Shown here one piece after another: positions 17,346 through 26,999 of a DNA stretch of 64,000 bases. A program made the translations under genes and the position numbers. The notes beneath the pieces are model-generated. The model was not told the origin of the DNA, did no database searches, and saw only the letters and a program-made list of their open reading frames with translations. The stretch's first letter is position 1. The number at the start of each line of letters is the position of its first letter. The stretch spans positions 38,097 through 102,096 of the forward strand of contig JAWWDH010000001.1 in the NCBI GenBank assembly GCA_033720015.1, written 5' to 3'. The DNA comes from Pseudomonas sp. (GTDB taxonomy: Bacteria; Pseudomonadota; Gammaproteobacteria; Pseudomonadales; Pseudomonadaceae).

Positions 17346-18749
17346 TTAGTTCCCCGCCGACTGAATCTGACGGCCTTGCGGCAACTTGCCTTGATCTGAG
17401 ACAGGTGCCATCTTCATGATTTCCGCTGCGCGGCGATCAGCATCGCGAAAGTTGGTGCCACTTGCCATTGCGCTTGTCCACTCCATGGAAATTCGCTGCC
17501 GCGTTTCTCGTATTTCAACTTTAATATCTTCTGCCTCAGGGAAATCAACAGTGGACACGCCTGCATATGTCAAATCAAGAAGATCCATTACAACGCTGTA
17601 AGCTGCATTTAGAGCGATGACCTGGGCGAACTCCTCGAAATAGATATGCCCCGCCTCAGCACCGGATTTCTGTAGAACCTTGAAGAGATTCGCACCAACA
17701 CTGCTGGTTGCTAAATACTTAATACGGTTTCCGTCTGCTGCGGTTGCATTACCAACAGCAAAGCGTTCAAACGCACCACTGTTTTTAACATCTTCAATCA
17801 TCCTTTGCTTGAGACCTTTGAAGGTGCCGAGCGTTCTAGGGGTAGGTACAAGGCATTGATCTTTGTCGTCGGAATCGCATGTCCAAACTTTAAGCTCTGA
17901 ATCCTGCGCGCCGTCTACAAAGAGAGTTAGTGCTTTGTCTTTAATTGTGGCCTGCACTGGGGTTGGTTTGGTGTTCATCCCGCCGCGATCATCGTTCCCA
18001 ATAGTAATGATCTGTGAGCCTGTCATGGACATGATGAACTCTGCGTTCTCATCACTTCCAAACATGATTTGCGAGGCTAGTCCTGTCTTCTTTAAGGCAC
18101 ACCAGATAATATTTCCGGTTTCAACACATGGCTTAATCTTGCCTGCTGACTGGAGGCGTTCTGCCGCCGAACCCTCCTTGGTTGTTTTTGCAGAGAAGAA
18201 ATCGGGAGCAACACTATCGAGGAAGGCCGTACTTGCTGCCTTCAAGTCGTGACGCTCTTGGAAAGCCTTTAATCCTCCACTCACAATCCCGCTAGCCAAC
18301 TGGCAGGAGTTTGAAAACATTTGGTTCAGTTGCTGAATCTTGTTCGCCAGGTTCCTGATGATGTTCGCGGTAGAGGGATCCATGTATTCAAGCGCCGCGT
18401 CAAAGGCAAAGCCGCTGACTATCCCGACCGCATTTGAGGCAATGTTTCGCATCAATGCTACGAACTCTTCGCCATTGATGAAGGAGAAGGAACCGGTATA
18501 CAGGTTAATGCCGCCACAACCACCCTTCGCTGACGGGGCGGTGATGCTGATCAGGTTTGAGGTGGAAATGCGGTTTCGGAGGACAACTCCACCGCCCGTT
18601 ACCACACCGCGAGTAGCTGTTTGATAAGAGCCCGGGCCGGTGATATTGATCAGCTGGCCGAACATCTGGTTGACCTGCTGCTCCATGTTGGCTGAGGCGC
18701 TGAGAGGGGCGGCCAGGGCAATGGCTAGGGCAAGTTTCTTGATCCTCAC
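17346..18749 (-). CDS. traH: Pilus assembly protein TraH
   Basis: TATRGVVTGGG; APSAKGGCGGINLYTGSFSFIN; NSCQLA. Confidence 0.95.
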   Translation of the reverse strand: MRIKKLALAIALAAPLSASANMEQQVNQMFGQLINITGPGSYQTATRGVVTGGGVVLRNRISTSNLISITAPSAKGGCGGINLYTGSFSFINGEEFVALMRNIASNAVGIVSGFAFDAALEYMDPSTANIIRNLANKIQQLNQMFSNSCQLASGIVSGGLKAFQERHDLKAASTAFLDSVAPDFFSAKTTKEGSAAERLQSAGKIKPCVETGNIIWCALKKTGLASQIMFGSDENAEFIMSMTGSQIITIGNDDRGGMNTKPTPVQATIKDKALTLFVDGAQDSELKVWTCDSDDKDQCLVPTPRTLGTFKGLKQRMIEDVKNSGAFERFAVGNATAADGNRIKYLATSSVGANLFKVLQKSGAEAGHIYFEEFAQVIALNAAYSVVMDLLDLTYAGVSTVDFPEAEDIKVEIRETRQRISMEWTSAMASGTNFRDADRRAAEIMKMAPVSDQGKLPQGRQIQSAGN

Positions 18750-19747
18750 TGGCTTTCTCCATGTTTGATATCAAAGGCTCGGGTGGCGGCATTACGCATT
18801 TGGCTCACGAATTCTTCAGGGTCTTGCGTAGGGTCTTGTGGTGCGCCTGCGATGTGCTGCGGATTGATCAGGCCGATCTGGGCTAAACGCGAGGTGGCGT
18901 TGTATTCGTGCTCGGTTATGAGCCCAACGTCCTTAGCTGCATGCAGGATGCGATTGCCTGCTGTTTCCATTGAGATCGTGCTGTAGCTCACGATCCGAAC
19001 GTCATTGGGCGGCACCACCAGGGCGATGGCAGGGGTAGTAACGATCCCCAAGTGGTTAGCAAGGCCGGTGTCGTACTGGGTGTTTGTGTATCGCCCACCT
19101 GGCAGGGGGCTCCCATCCATGGAGACAGGGATGATGGTGAAGCCGTACCTGTGCTCAAGACCGGATACCGCTGCGACCGCCTGAGGACAAAGGATGCATT
19201 CGTTGCCGTTGAAAAAGAGCATGAGCGCAGCGTTGCCGGCGATCTGGCTTAACAGCGCGTCTTTCTTCTTGACCGCGGCGTCGGCCAGGGCAGCGGACGC
19301 TGCATTGGTAGTTGGATACCTCAGGTCTTCATCCAGCATTGGTTCGTTCTTGACCGTTTCAACGGCAGCGCGGGAGAACCGCTCTGCCTTGTCGAGCATG
19401 AGGCGCTGGGCGTAGTAGTAGGCCTTGATGTTCGCCTCTGACGGATCGTCAATGGCGGCTTCCTTGAGCTTGGGTATCATGATCTGCAGCCAGGCGACGC
19501 TTCCGGTTGGTGGAAGCTCGCTTTCGGCTTTAGCAGGGGCGGTCACAACAGCTTCAGGGGCCGGTTCAGGCTTCTCTTCAGGCTCCTGCTCCGGCTCCTC
19601 ATACCAGAACCATCCTCTCTCCTGGTCTGAGTAGAAGGACGAACCAGCTATAGGAGGCTCTGCCTTAGGGGCCTGATTTGGTTCTGCGTAGGCAGTCCCC
19701 GCGATGAGCGAGGCGAGAAGAAATGGCGCAAATGACTTGGGTAGCAT
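18746..19747 (-). CDS. traF: Pilus assembly protein TraF (thioredoxin-like)
   Basis: ERGWFWYEE; AIDDPSEANIKAY; C..C; VSMDG; TPAIALV. Confidence 0.9.
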   Translation of the reverse strand: MLPKSFAPFLLASLIAGTAYAEPNQAPKAEPPIAGSSFYSDQERGWFWYEEPEQEPEEKPEPAPEAVVTAPAKAESELPPTGSVAWLQIMIPKLKEAAIDDPSEANIKAYYYAQRLMLDKAERFSRAAVETVKNEPMLDEDLRYPTTNAASAALADAAVKKKDALLSQIAGNAALMLFFNGNECILCPQAVAAVSGLEHRYGFTIIPVSMDGSPLPGGRYTNTQYDTGLANHLGIVTTPAIALVVPPNDVRIVSYSTISMETAGNRILHAAKDVGLITEHEYNATSRLAQIGLINPQHIAGAPQDPTQDPEEFVSQMRNAATRAFDIKHGESQ

Positions 19748-19815
19748 TGAGGTGGCCAAGTGAGATTTCTGACTTGGCCATTTTGCTCATCGAGCGAGAG
19801 GAAAGGTCTTCTAAA

Positions 19816-19834
19816 CCGACCAGTTTTTGGTAGG
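19816..19834 (-). promoter_or_regulatory. Transfer-regulon box upstream of traF
   Basis: CCGACCA-GTTTT-TGGTAGG; -10-like CAAAAT 31-36 nt downstream. Confidence 0.75.
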
Positions 19835-19848
19835 AAAAGCCCAGAGGC

Positions 19849-20970
19849 CTACCGCGTTGCGCGGTTGGCCTCATGAGCGAGGAAGCCGATAGGGCCATGT
19901 GCAATGAGCACATCGTTCCAGTCGACAGATTTCTTACCTTCCGGGATTTCCATGCCAGGAAGCTTGATCTGAGCACGAATCCCCATATCCCACAGGCGAA
20001 CTTTCAAGGCTTGCGCCGCTTTGAGTCCGCCACCGCTACGATCCTTGTCTGCCCAGATACGGACAGCGGTGGTTCCAACGGGTGGGATAAAGGTTTGCAG
20101 CAGGTAGCTGTTGACCATAGGCCAAACAGGGATACCCATTGCTGTCTCAACCGACAACGCCGTTTCCAACCCTTCAGCCACGTCGATGACCTCTACAGGT
20201 TTTGACGTGATGACGGCCGATCCCGGAAAAATACGGAGGCGGTCGCTAGGGATTGGGAACATCAGTTTGCATTCAGGTAAAGAGGCTTTCTCCCCCTTCG
20301 CCGTCAAGTACAGCCGATTGATCGTCACAGCTTCACCGCTCGAGGCGATTAGGCATGTGACAATTGCCGGATGGTAGGTTGGCTTGCCCTTCTTGCCCGG
20401 GTACGGCAGTTCAGGATGAAAGCGCACAGTGCGCTCTATCCCAGGCCGATCCCAAGCCAATATACCGCGTGAACGCAGGTACAAGCGGGCAGGCTCAGCA
20501 GCTTGATCTGTCAGGGGAATTGTTCCCTTCCAGATTTTGCGCAGCGACTCCCTGATCCAGGCATCGCTAGGGCCAGTTGCCTGGTCAGGCTTCTGAACCG
20601 CTCTTTTCGGAATGGGCTTCACCGCATTGGCCTGTCGGCCATTGGGGTCAACCACTCCAAGACGGGCTCCTACTTCTGCGAGAGCCTGACTGAAACTCCA
20701 GTCATTGACCCACATCAGCAGTGCCATACCGTCAGCCCTAAAGCCACAGGTTTGGCAGCAACCACCGCTAGAGGTGCCGGCTGTTTTCTTGAAAACCCTG
20801 AAGCCGTCTTTACCGCCGTGTTTCGGACAAGTGCCGGATCTTCCGGGCTTGGCCTGAAAGGGAGAGAGAGACGGCGCAAGGTGATCGAAGATGTCTTGCC
20901 AGCGGCCTTTGGCAGCTTCGAGCACATCTTTTTTCTCTGGAGCGTAAAGGCTCTTCGAGCTGTCGGACAT
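19849..20970 (-). CDS. P4-alpha-type zinc-ribbon plus TOPRIM primase-like protein
   Basis: CPKHGGKDGFR...CQTCG zinc ribbon; ARLYLRSRG; VAEGLETALS; WADKD. Confidence 0.85.
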   Translation of the reverse strand: MSDSSKSLYAPEKKDVLEAAKGRWQDIFDHLAPSLSPFQAKPGRSGTCPKHGGKDGFRVFKKTAGTSSGGCCQTCGFRADGMALLMWVNDWSFSQALAEVGARLGVVDPNGRQANAVKPIPKRAVQKPDQATGPSDAWIRESLRKIWKGTIPLTDQAAEPARLYLRSRGILAWDRPGIERTVRFHPELPYPGKKGKPTYHPAIVTCLIASSGEAVTINRLYLTAKGEKASLPECKLMFPIPSDRLRIFPGSAVITSKPVEVIDVAEGLETALSVETAMGIPVWPMVNSYLLQTFIPPVGTTAVRIWADKDRSGGGLKAAQALKVRLWDMGIRAQIKLPGMEIPEGKKSVDWNDVLIAHGPIGFLAHEANRATR

Positions 20971-21030
20971 GGTGATCTCCTATAGCTGTAAGGTGTATCC
21001 ACGCCCATTGCTGGGCGTGGGGTTGCTGGC

Positions 21031-21618
21031 TTAATTGACTACCTTGACCTCCCAGAGGTTTTTGTGGGTTTCCACCCACTCAGCATCATTTTGGCCATTG
21101 TTATTCACCGCCTTGAGCACCGTGACCGGTTTCTTGCCCATGAAGGTGACGCTTATTTTCTGGCCTTTTACAGCACCGCTACGGCGCAGCTCAGGAGCCA
21201 GTTCGATACCCCAGATCAGGTGCTTACCGACTCGAACGAAGAACGACTTGCCGTTCTTCTTGTTAAAGCGGTAATGGGCATGGCCACTGCCGCCATACAG
21301 GCCGGTTGCGGATTTGCCTTTGATGCCACCGAAATTCAGCTCAACGCCTTCTTCGGTTTCTGGGGCGCTGGTTGCATCTGCATCGCGGTTGAAAGGGATG
21401 AACTCCCCTTTGATCTCTTCAGCCGCAGCAGGCTCAGTGGTAGCCGGCACCTTCGACAACCCGTTGTACAGGCGGTTGATGATGACGGGCTCAGACTGAG
21501 CAGTTGATTCCAACACCTCATCATCCTCGGGAAGGAGATGGTTGAGGCGTGGAGAGAGGATGGCGAGGCCTTTGCTTGCACGCAGGTACGCCGGTTGATC
21601 GAAGTCGACGCGGATCAT
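21031..21618 (-). CDS. Hypothetical protein
   Basis: 195-aa ORF translationally coupled to the upstream gene. Confidence 0.65.
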   Translation of the reverse strand: MIRVDFDQPAYLRASKGLAILSPRLNHLLPEDDEVLESTAQSEPVIINRLYNGLSKVPATTEPAAAEEIKGEFIPFNRDADATSAPETEEGVELNFGGIKGKSATGLYGGSGHAHYRFNKKNGKSFFVRVGKHLIWGIELAPELRRSGAVKGQKISVTFMGKKPVTVLKAVNNNGQNDAEWVETHKNLWEVKVVN

Positions 21619-21944
21619 TACTTCACCTCCTGACGGCGCAGGTAGGTGGGGATCAGATAGTTGTCGTAGTCGATATGCGGGACGCTTTCGACCCGCACAG
21701 ATACATCGGTCTGTTTGGAGCTGAAAAGCGGTGTTGCTTGAGCAAAGCCGCGGCTGCGGCCAGCCAGTTGACGCTTTGCATGCGCGATCAGTTCAGGGGT
21801 GAACAGAGCGACACAGGCGATGAACAAACAGATGGCAAAGGGCACCAAGGCCCGGATTACTTCAGGTGCGTACAGCATCCCGAAAAGGGATACCAGCAGC
21901 CCAAATCCGAACAGGACTTTTGCTTTGAGGATTGCTTCGTTCAT
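21618..21944 (-). CDS. Hypothetical membrane protein
   Basis: ATG 21944 with GGAG RBS; two TM segments. Confidence 0.65.
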   Translation of the reverse strand: MNEAILKAKVLFGFGLLVSLFGMLYAPEVIRALVPFAICLFIACVALFTPELIAHAKRQLAGRSRGFAQATPLFSSKQTDVSVRVESVPHIDYDNYLIPTYLRRQEVK

Positions 21945-21980
21945 TTTCGTTTCTCCGTTTCTGAATTTCAGACGGAGAAA

Positions 21981-22010
21981 CCCCCTAACGGGAGTGTCCC
22001 CCGTCAGGGA
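21981..22010 (-). promoter_or_regulatory. GC hairpin-RBS module, copy A
   Basis: CCCTGACGGGGG-acact-CCCGTTAGGG about 35 nt upstream of ATG 21944. Confidence 0.55.
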
Positions 22011-22326
22011 TGGTTTGCGCACATGCGGAATCAACCCAATGGGTTGATTCGCCGTGGCTTATTGGTTGAGTCGGTTGAAGCACGACTAGACTTGATCAAA
22101 ACCACATAGGTGGTTTTGGGCGCCTGGCCACACACAGGTGGTTCAGGCTCTTGCTGAGTGCAACATGCACTTAGCGAAGATTCGGTGCGCTGAGGCGCGG
22201 GGGAGTGAACTGGTGAGGCTGTAGCCTCTTAGATGTGATTAACCACCACAAGTAAAGCGTGGTGCACGGTTCAATTTTCTAGGTGGAAACTGCTGCCAGT
22301 CAAGAAAATCTTGGCAAAGCCTTTTG

Positions 22327-22345
22327 CTGACCAGAATCTGGTCGA
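22327..22345 (+). promoter_or_regulatory. Transfer-regulon box upstream of the acaB-like gene
   Basis: CTGACCA-GAATC-TGGTCGA; 66 nt to ATG 22412. Confidence 0.75.
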
Positions 22346-22411
22346 ATTAGCGCAACCGAAAGCCGTTGCATTTGGTGGAATGAACATGCCACCAATCAAC
22401 GGAGATTCACC

Positions 22412-23071
22412 ATGGCCGTCAAGCCCGTAACCAGCGATGCACCCTACTCGACCGCGATCATGAAGCGGAAGATCACATTTCAGACCGAGGAAGCCAAAAG
22501 CTTCCTGGGCAACAAAATGGACAACATTGCTGTTGCCCTATTCATCCTCGACGTGATCTCTCGCAAGCGGATCGCTCGACTGAACCTCAGTACCAAAGAC
22601 CACAAGGCGGCATCCAAGGCGCTGAACAAGCTCTTTACCGACTTCGAAAAAGAAATCCAGGACGAAACCACTCGCCTGGAAGCTGTGCTGAAAGCACAGA
22701 AAATCCAGGGCCGGGCTGAGCACAACAACCCTGGAAGCTACGAGGTGGAAATTACCACCCCAGAACTGAAGCGCGCCGTTGATCTGCTGCTGGCCTTCGA
22801 CAACCTGATCGTCCTGGTCGATACCGTTTGGCTGATGGGCATCATGGAAACCGATGTCGCAAACCAGTTCCGCGCCACCAAGGCAGGCCAGATCAAGCGC
22901 CTCTTCGGTTCTGTCTACAAGCTCAGCCAGGCCGCCAAGCAGAGCGCCTTCGTTAAGGATGACGCCGATACACAGGCCGTTATTGCCCGTGAAGAGAAAA
23001 AGTTGGAACCGCAGGAAGAGCAGCCGGCGGCGGCTGAACCTCAACCTGCCGACTCCCAAGACGCGGCCTGA
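22412..23071 (+). CDS. acaB: AcaB / DUF1845-family transcriptional regulator
   Basis: KITFQTEEAK; IAVALFILDVI; VEITTP; FDNLI..VDTVWLMG. Confidence 0.7.
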   Translation: MAVKPVTSDAPYSTAIMKRKITFQTEEAKSFLGNKMDNIAVALFILDVISRKRIARLNLSTKDHKAASKALNKLFTDFEKEIQDETTRLEAVLKAQKIQGRAEHNNPGSYEVEITTPELKRAVDLLLAFDNLIVLVDTVWLMGIMETDVANQFRATKAGQIKRLFGSVYKLSQAAKQSAFVKDDADTQAVIAREEKKLEPQEEQPAAAEPQPADSQDAA

Positions 23072-23095
23072 TCAAATTTCGCAGATTAACCAACA

Positions 23096-23122
23096 TCGCC
23101 CTGCTTATGCAGGGCGAGTTGT
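23096..23122 (+). terminator. Intrinsic terminator
   Basis: TCGCCCTGC-ttat-GCAGGGCGA. Confidence 0.65.
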
Positions 23123-23271
23123 ATGGGGAAAGGAAAATGCCAACAAGCAGCGACACGATGGCTGTTCAACCTGGGAGGCCGGTACCGGCGCGTCGCCGCA
23201 ATCCCGGCCAGTCATCTTCAGAACCGGCCGACCCGCACAATAGCAACCGCCCTCTGGCCCACCTTGGAACG

Positions 23272-23463
23272 ATGAACGAAGGCAAGGATGAGGGTATGAG
23301 GGCAGGCTTTGACAGATGGGCGGAAGATTATGAGATCGAGGACGGCCCGAAGCGTGCGATTTTTTGGGATGCACAAGCCATTGTGGCAGCAAGCTTGGCC
23401 TTCGCTTTCGGGACTATCGCAGGCATTCCGCTCGGCCATTACCTCTATTCTGTCTGGTTTTGA
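23272..23463 (+). CDS. Small hypothetical membrane protein
   Basis: C-terminal TM helix; start uncertain. Confidence 0.35.
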   Translation: MNEGKDEGMRAGFDRWAEDYEIEDGPKRAIFWDAQAIVAASLAFAFGTIAGIPLGHYLYSVWF

Positions 23464-23473
23464 GCGCTCATAG

Positions 23474-23496
23474 AAAAGGGCGGGATATCCGCCCTT
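23474..23496. terminator. Terminator between convergent genes
   Basis: AAGGGCGG-gatat-CCGCCCTT. Confidence 0.7.
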
Positions 23497-23509
23497 ACCT
23501 TTATTGTTT

Positions 23510-24157
23510 CTAACTATCGCCCCTAGATCGCAGACGCTCGACATGACGCTGGGCCGCCCAGTACCCGCCTTTAACGCGCCTTCTTTTCAGCGCTGCACAG
23601 ATGTCGTCGACGTGCCGCCTGGTGAACACCGGAGCCTTGTAGCTCTGTATCTTCCGTACCACGCCCCAGATGCCATACACGCGCTCGGGGAGGCCGTAAG
23701 GAAAATCCGCATCGCCAGCCATCACCGCATAACTATGGATCTTCTGAGCATGGACGCCAGTAGCCTGCTGCACAGCCTTAACATGGGCGTAGTTCTGCAT
23801 TAGCGGGCTCTGCACCTTGTACTTGCGCCGGCCAACCAGCTGCACCCAGGTTTCAGGCTCAAGGGGGTCGACAAGCACCTTCCCCTTGAACGACTTCGTT
23901 TCAAGCACAAACAAACCAAACCTAGACACGACAATGTGGTCTACCTGGGTGCTCTCCCCCTTGGTCTTCCCACGGTAGATCGCATTGGGTAACACGCTGT
24001 ACTCGCTACTTAGGCATAGCCGCAGCATAAAGTTGACCTTGTATTCACCCCACCAGCCCCGATAGGTCGGCTTCTCCAGGAGCCTGGCGTGGATGAATCC
24101 CGCCAGGATTGCCATGCCGACTACAGGCGGCGCGTATAGAACAAAGAACTCAGTCAT
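23510..24157 (-). CDS. Membrane-anchored NERD-domain nuclease-related protein
   Basis: N-terminal TM; G..GE..V; QVDHIVVSRFGLFVLETKSFKG; SPLMQN..H. Confidence 0.85.
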   Translation of the reverse strand: MTEFFVLYAPPVVGMAILAGFIHARLLEKPTYRGWWGEYKVNFMLRLCLSSEYSVLPNAIYRGKTKGESTQVDHIVVSRFGLFVLETKSFKGKVLVDPLEPETWVQLVGRRKYKVQSPLMQNYAHVKAVQQATGVHAQKIHSYAVMAGDADFPYGLPERVYGIWGVVRKIQSYKAPVFTRRHVDDICAALKRRRVKGGYWAAQRHVERLRSRGDS

Positions 24158-24188
24158 AGCTCGCCGGCAAACCGGCCCCTCCTTCCGA

Positions 24189-25229
24189 TTAAAGTTTCGA
24201 GCAGCAGTCTGTCCAGCGCCACAGCATGTACATAGTGTCCACCTGGGTACCCGGAACATGGCGATTGGTTTTGCCGTCCCATTGGTAGGGATGCTCTCCA
24301 AGCCACATGCCTTTTTGAGTCATAGGCTTGGGCATGAACTGATTGAGCTTGTATTGGGACTTGGGAATAGTTGGGTAGAACGAGGCCCGGCAGATGTTCT
24401 CATCGCCCATGGTTCGCCGGGCAAGCCCACGACGATGCTGCTGGCTGAGTAGGCGAGCCGAAATCAGCGCTGTGGTACGGCTCATATCCGCTGCTGATGT
24501 ATGACCTGCGAGAGGGTAGATTCCGCCCCACGTTCCAGAACACCACCACAACGTCTCAAGCGGTTCCTTGCCAGCGGCAAGTAGCCCCGATTCGGCCGCG
24601 CAAGCTGCCCGGGCTATCGGATTCGCCACCGCAGCAGATTCGGGATGCTGGAAGAACGCCAGGGTGGCGTTACCCCAGGTCGGGTCAATCTCAGTGAATG
24701 AGATAATGTCCACGTCCAGATAGCCGTCCGGGTTGCACTTGGTTGGCGTATACAGGTCGAGGATCTGCAGCAGCGGAAAGGCATAGTAGTGCGTGTGATA
24801 GAACGAACCCTGATTGATCTCGTTGGAAGGCAAATGGCCCTGCTTCAGTCGACCGTATGTGCGTTTAGAGCCAAGCGGTAGCGTCACACCACCGAGAGTA
24901 GGCGAACACCCAGGCTTGCGCACATTCTCAATGATCCGGGCCGGTTCCCACATCGCAGTAACGATGCCCGGCTTATAGATGTTCGAACTCCCCTCTTGGC
25001 AAATGCAGAAGACCTTCTTCGAGGCTTTTTCGGGGGCTTTGCCAGGGGTGATCTGCACACCAGATATCCTGATCGGGAATAAGCATGCCCAACAAATATC
25101 CGTGAACAACTTCGGGCCGAAGATGCCCGAGTCTTCACACAACGGATCAGCGTATGCCCTTCCTGGAAGGGAAAGCAGCGCAGCCAGCATGATGGCCGTA
25201 GCTGCTATGAGAGCCCTATAGCGCTTCAT
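24189..25229 (-). CDS. traU: Pilus assembly protein TraU
   Basis: TDICWACLFPIRI; MWEPARIIE; FYHTHYYAFPL; EIDPTW; terminal DCC. Confidence 0.95.
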   Translation of the reverse strand: MKRYRALIAATAIMLAALLSLPGRAYADPLCEDSGIFGPKLFTDICWACLFPIRISGVQITPGKAPEKASKKVFCICQEGSSNIYKPGIVTAMWEPARIIENVRKPGCSPTLGGVTLPLGSKRTYGRLKQGHLPSNEINQGSFYHTHYYAFPLLQILDLYTPTKCNPDGYLDVDIISFTEIDPTWGNATLAFFQHPESAAVANPIARAACAAESGLLAAGKEPLETLWWCSGTWGGIYPLAGHTSAADMSRTTALISARLLSQQHRRGLARRTMGDENICRASFYPTIPKSQYKLNQFMPKPMTQKGMWLGEHPYQWDGKTNRHVPGTQVDTMYMLWRWTDCCSKL

Positions 25230-26433
25230 CTTCACCACCCACAATTTCCGATCGCGTGTATTCACGTACTGCAAACTCAAGCCCCTCGGCTGTCACTACG
25301 GACGGTGCTCTCAGAATCTGGAACCGCTGGGCCATATCCGGCGGCAGCAGGTACAGTGGGGCGTCAATGGAATCTTGGGTTGCCTCAAACAACTCCCAGC
25401 CAGAGGCGGGAGGGATTTGCGTGGCCATCACCGTGACGGTTAGCCTGGCCCCGTGGTCGGCGTATTCGCGCCTGGCCAGCTCTACCTGCCATTCTTGGGT
25501 CGGGTCGATGACGACCAGCTTCTGGTTGAAGGGCATCATTTCCAGGGGATTTATCCGCCCTGCTTTCTGCACCACTTTGCCGTGGTAGTCGAGGATATCC
25601 TGCTCGATGATGACGCCGGGGTCGACCATACGCTTGGCTGGGACGGTGACAGGGGGCAGTGGTGTGCCGGTGTGAACTGTCCAGAAGCGGTCGATTGCCC
25701 GCTCCTTCATCGCTTCCATGTCCAGGGCTTCAATTCGTTCCTTAGCGAGCTCAAGCATGTCGGGCTCGATGATGTCGCTGGTCGGGCCATGCAAACCCAA
25801 GTCGGACCCGGGTTTCGCACCTTCGGTTACTGCGTCATCGACCAGGCGGGTCGAGCTTGTGCCAGAGGCCTTGACGATGAGCTTGTCTTCTTCGTCTTCG
25901 AGCACAATGGCCGGTACTGAATCAACGGAGTGCCGGCGGAAGGCCAAGGGATCGAGGAGCACGCTCACCTGACTCTGGGTGTCCTGGGTGAGCATGTGCA
26001 TCTTGGTGATGGCGTCGACCATCTTCATACCGTCCGGAATGCCGCGGAACATGATCCCGGTTGCCGGCCTGCCATCGTAGGCGGCCATGATGTCCTTGAT
26101 GGCGGAAGCGCCCATCGACCAGGACACGAAGATCAGCGTCCGCACCCCCTCTCCGAGGGGATGCTTTTTCTCTGAATCTACTGTTGGACTGGCTTGGCCA
26201 TCATCAGGCTGCTCAATGACCGGAGTACGCGCAGTAAGCTCTTCAAGCCAGCGCATCTCTGCAGGGCCAACCTCCTTTGCCGCTCGCTGGCCCTGTTCGG
26301 ACACAGACTTGGCCTGCTCCAGTACAGAGGGGTCGATTTTTCCGATATCGAAGGGCTTGATGCCCAGGTCGTTAGCTTGAAGTGTACCGGCCAGCGCCAT
26401 GCAGACGGCCAGCGCGAGGGGTCGAATCACCAT
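25216..26433 (-). CDS. traW: TrbC-TraW fusion pilus assembly protein
   Basis: TrbC-like FVSWSM..., LDP.AF; TraW-like G....IIEPDML, GRINPL. Confidence 0.9.
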   Translation of the reverse strand: MVIRPLALAVCMALAGTLQANDLGIKPFDIGKIDPSVLEQAKSVSEQGQRAAKEVGPAEMRWLEELTARTPVIEQPDDGQASPTVDSEKKHPLGEGVRTLIFVSWSMGASAIKDIMAAYDGRPATGIMFRGIPDGMKMVDAITKMHMLTQDTQSQVSVLLDPLAFRRHSVDSVPAIVLEDEEDKLIVKASGTSSTRLVDDAVTEGAKPGSDLGLHGPTSDIIEPDMLELAKERIEALDMEAMKERAIDRFWTVHTGTPLPPVTVPAKRMVDPGVIIEQDILDYHGKVVQKAGRINPLEMMPFNQKLVVIDPTQEWQVELARREYADHGARLTVTVMATQIPPASGWELFEATQDSIDAPLYLLPPDMAQRFQILRAPSVVTAEGLEFAVREYTRSEIVGGEDEAL

Positions 26434-26999
26434 ATTGGATAGGCCTTACCGATGATTTGGGAGCGGTCTACGGAACCCCAGTACCGCGAGTCGAACGAGT
26501 CGGCGGTCTTGCCGAAGAACCAGTAACGATTGGCCTCGATAGTGCCTGCCCGAACGTAGCGATCGGGGCTGATGCCCATATCGGTTGCCACCTGCAGGCC
26601 CGTAGCTACCACCTGATCATTGATGGTCACCTGGCTCTGGGTGACGGCTACTGAATCCCCGGGCATGCCCTCCATCACCTTGACGATGGTTGTCTCATCT
26701 TCGAACACCGGGGCCAGGCCGGTGGATTTGAAGGCGAAAATATCGCCTCGAACCGGAGTGGTGTCGTGCTTATCGATGATCCAGATGCGGTACGGCGGCA
26801 GGCACAGATATTCCTGGGGCGCGATGGCAATGGAAAATCGCTGTGCCAGGCTCACAATGGCCCCAGTAAGCAGGAGCGACATGACGCCTGCCTTAACCAG
26901 GAAAGCCCCCGTAAGGGGGCCTCTGGCGCGTTCTGCCGCCACATCTGCCTGGGCCTTACGAACTGCATGCTCAGGATCGAACTTCAGCAGTCCCATCAT
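26427..26999 (-). CDS. trhF: Conjugative S26 signal peptidase
   Basis: CLPPY; RGDIFAF; VKVMEGMPGD; SFDSRYWG. Confidence 0.9.
   Translation of the reverse strand: MMGLLKFDPEHAVRKAQADVAAERARGPLTGAFLVKAGVMSLLLTGAIVSLAQRFSIAIAPQEYLCLPPYRIWIIDKHDTTPVRGDIFAFKSTGLAPVFEDETTIVKVMEGMPGDSVAVTQSQVTINDQVVATGLQVATDMGISPDRYVRAGTIEANRYWFFGKTADSFDSRYWGSVDRSQIIGKAYPIW

Noticed and set aside
24158-24301. Cys-rich N-terminal extension of the NERD ORF
   Set aside because: It overlaps the traU 3' end; ATG 24157 is preferred as the start.
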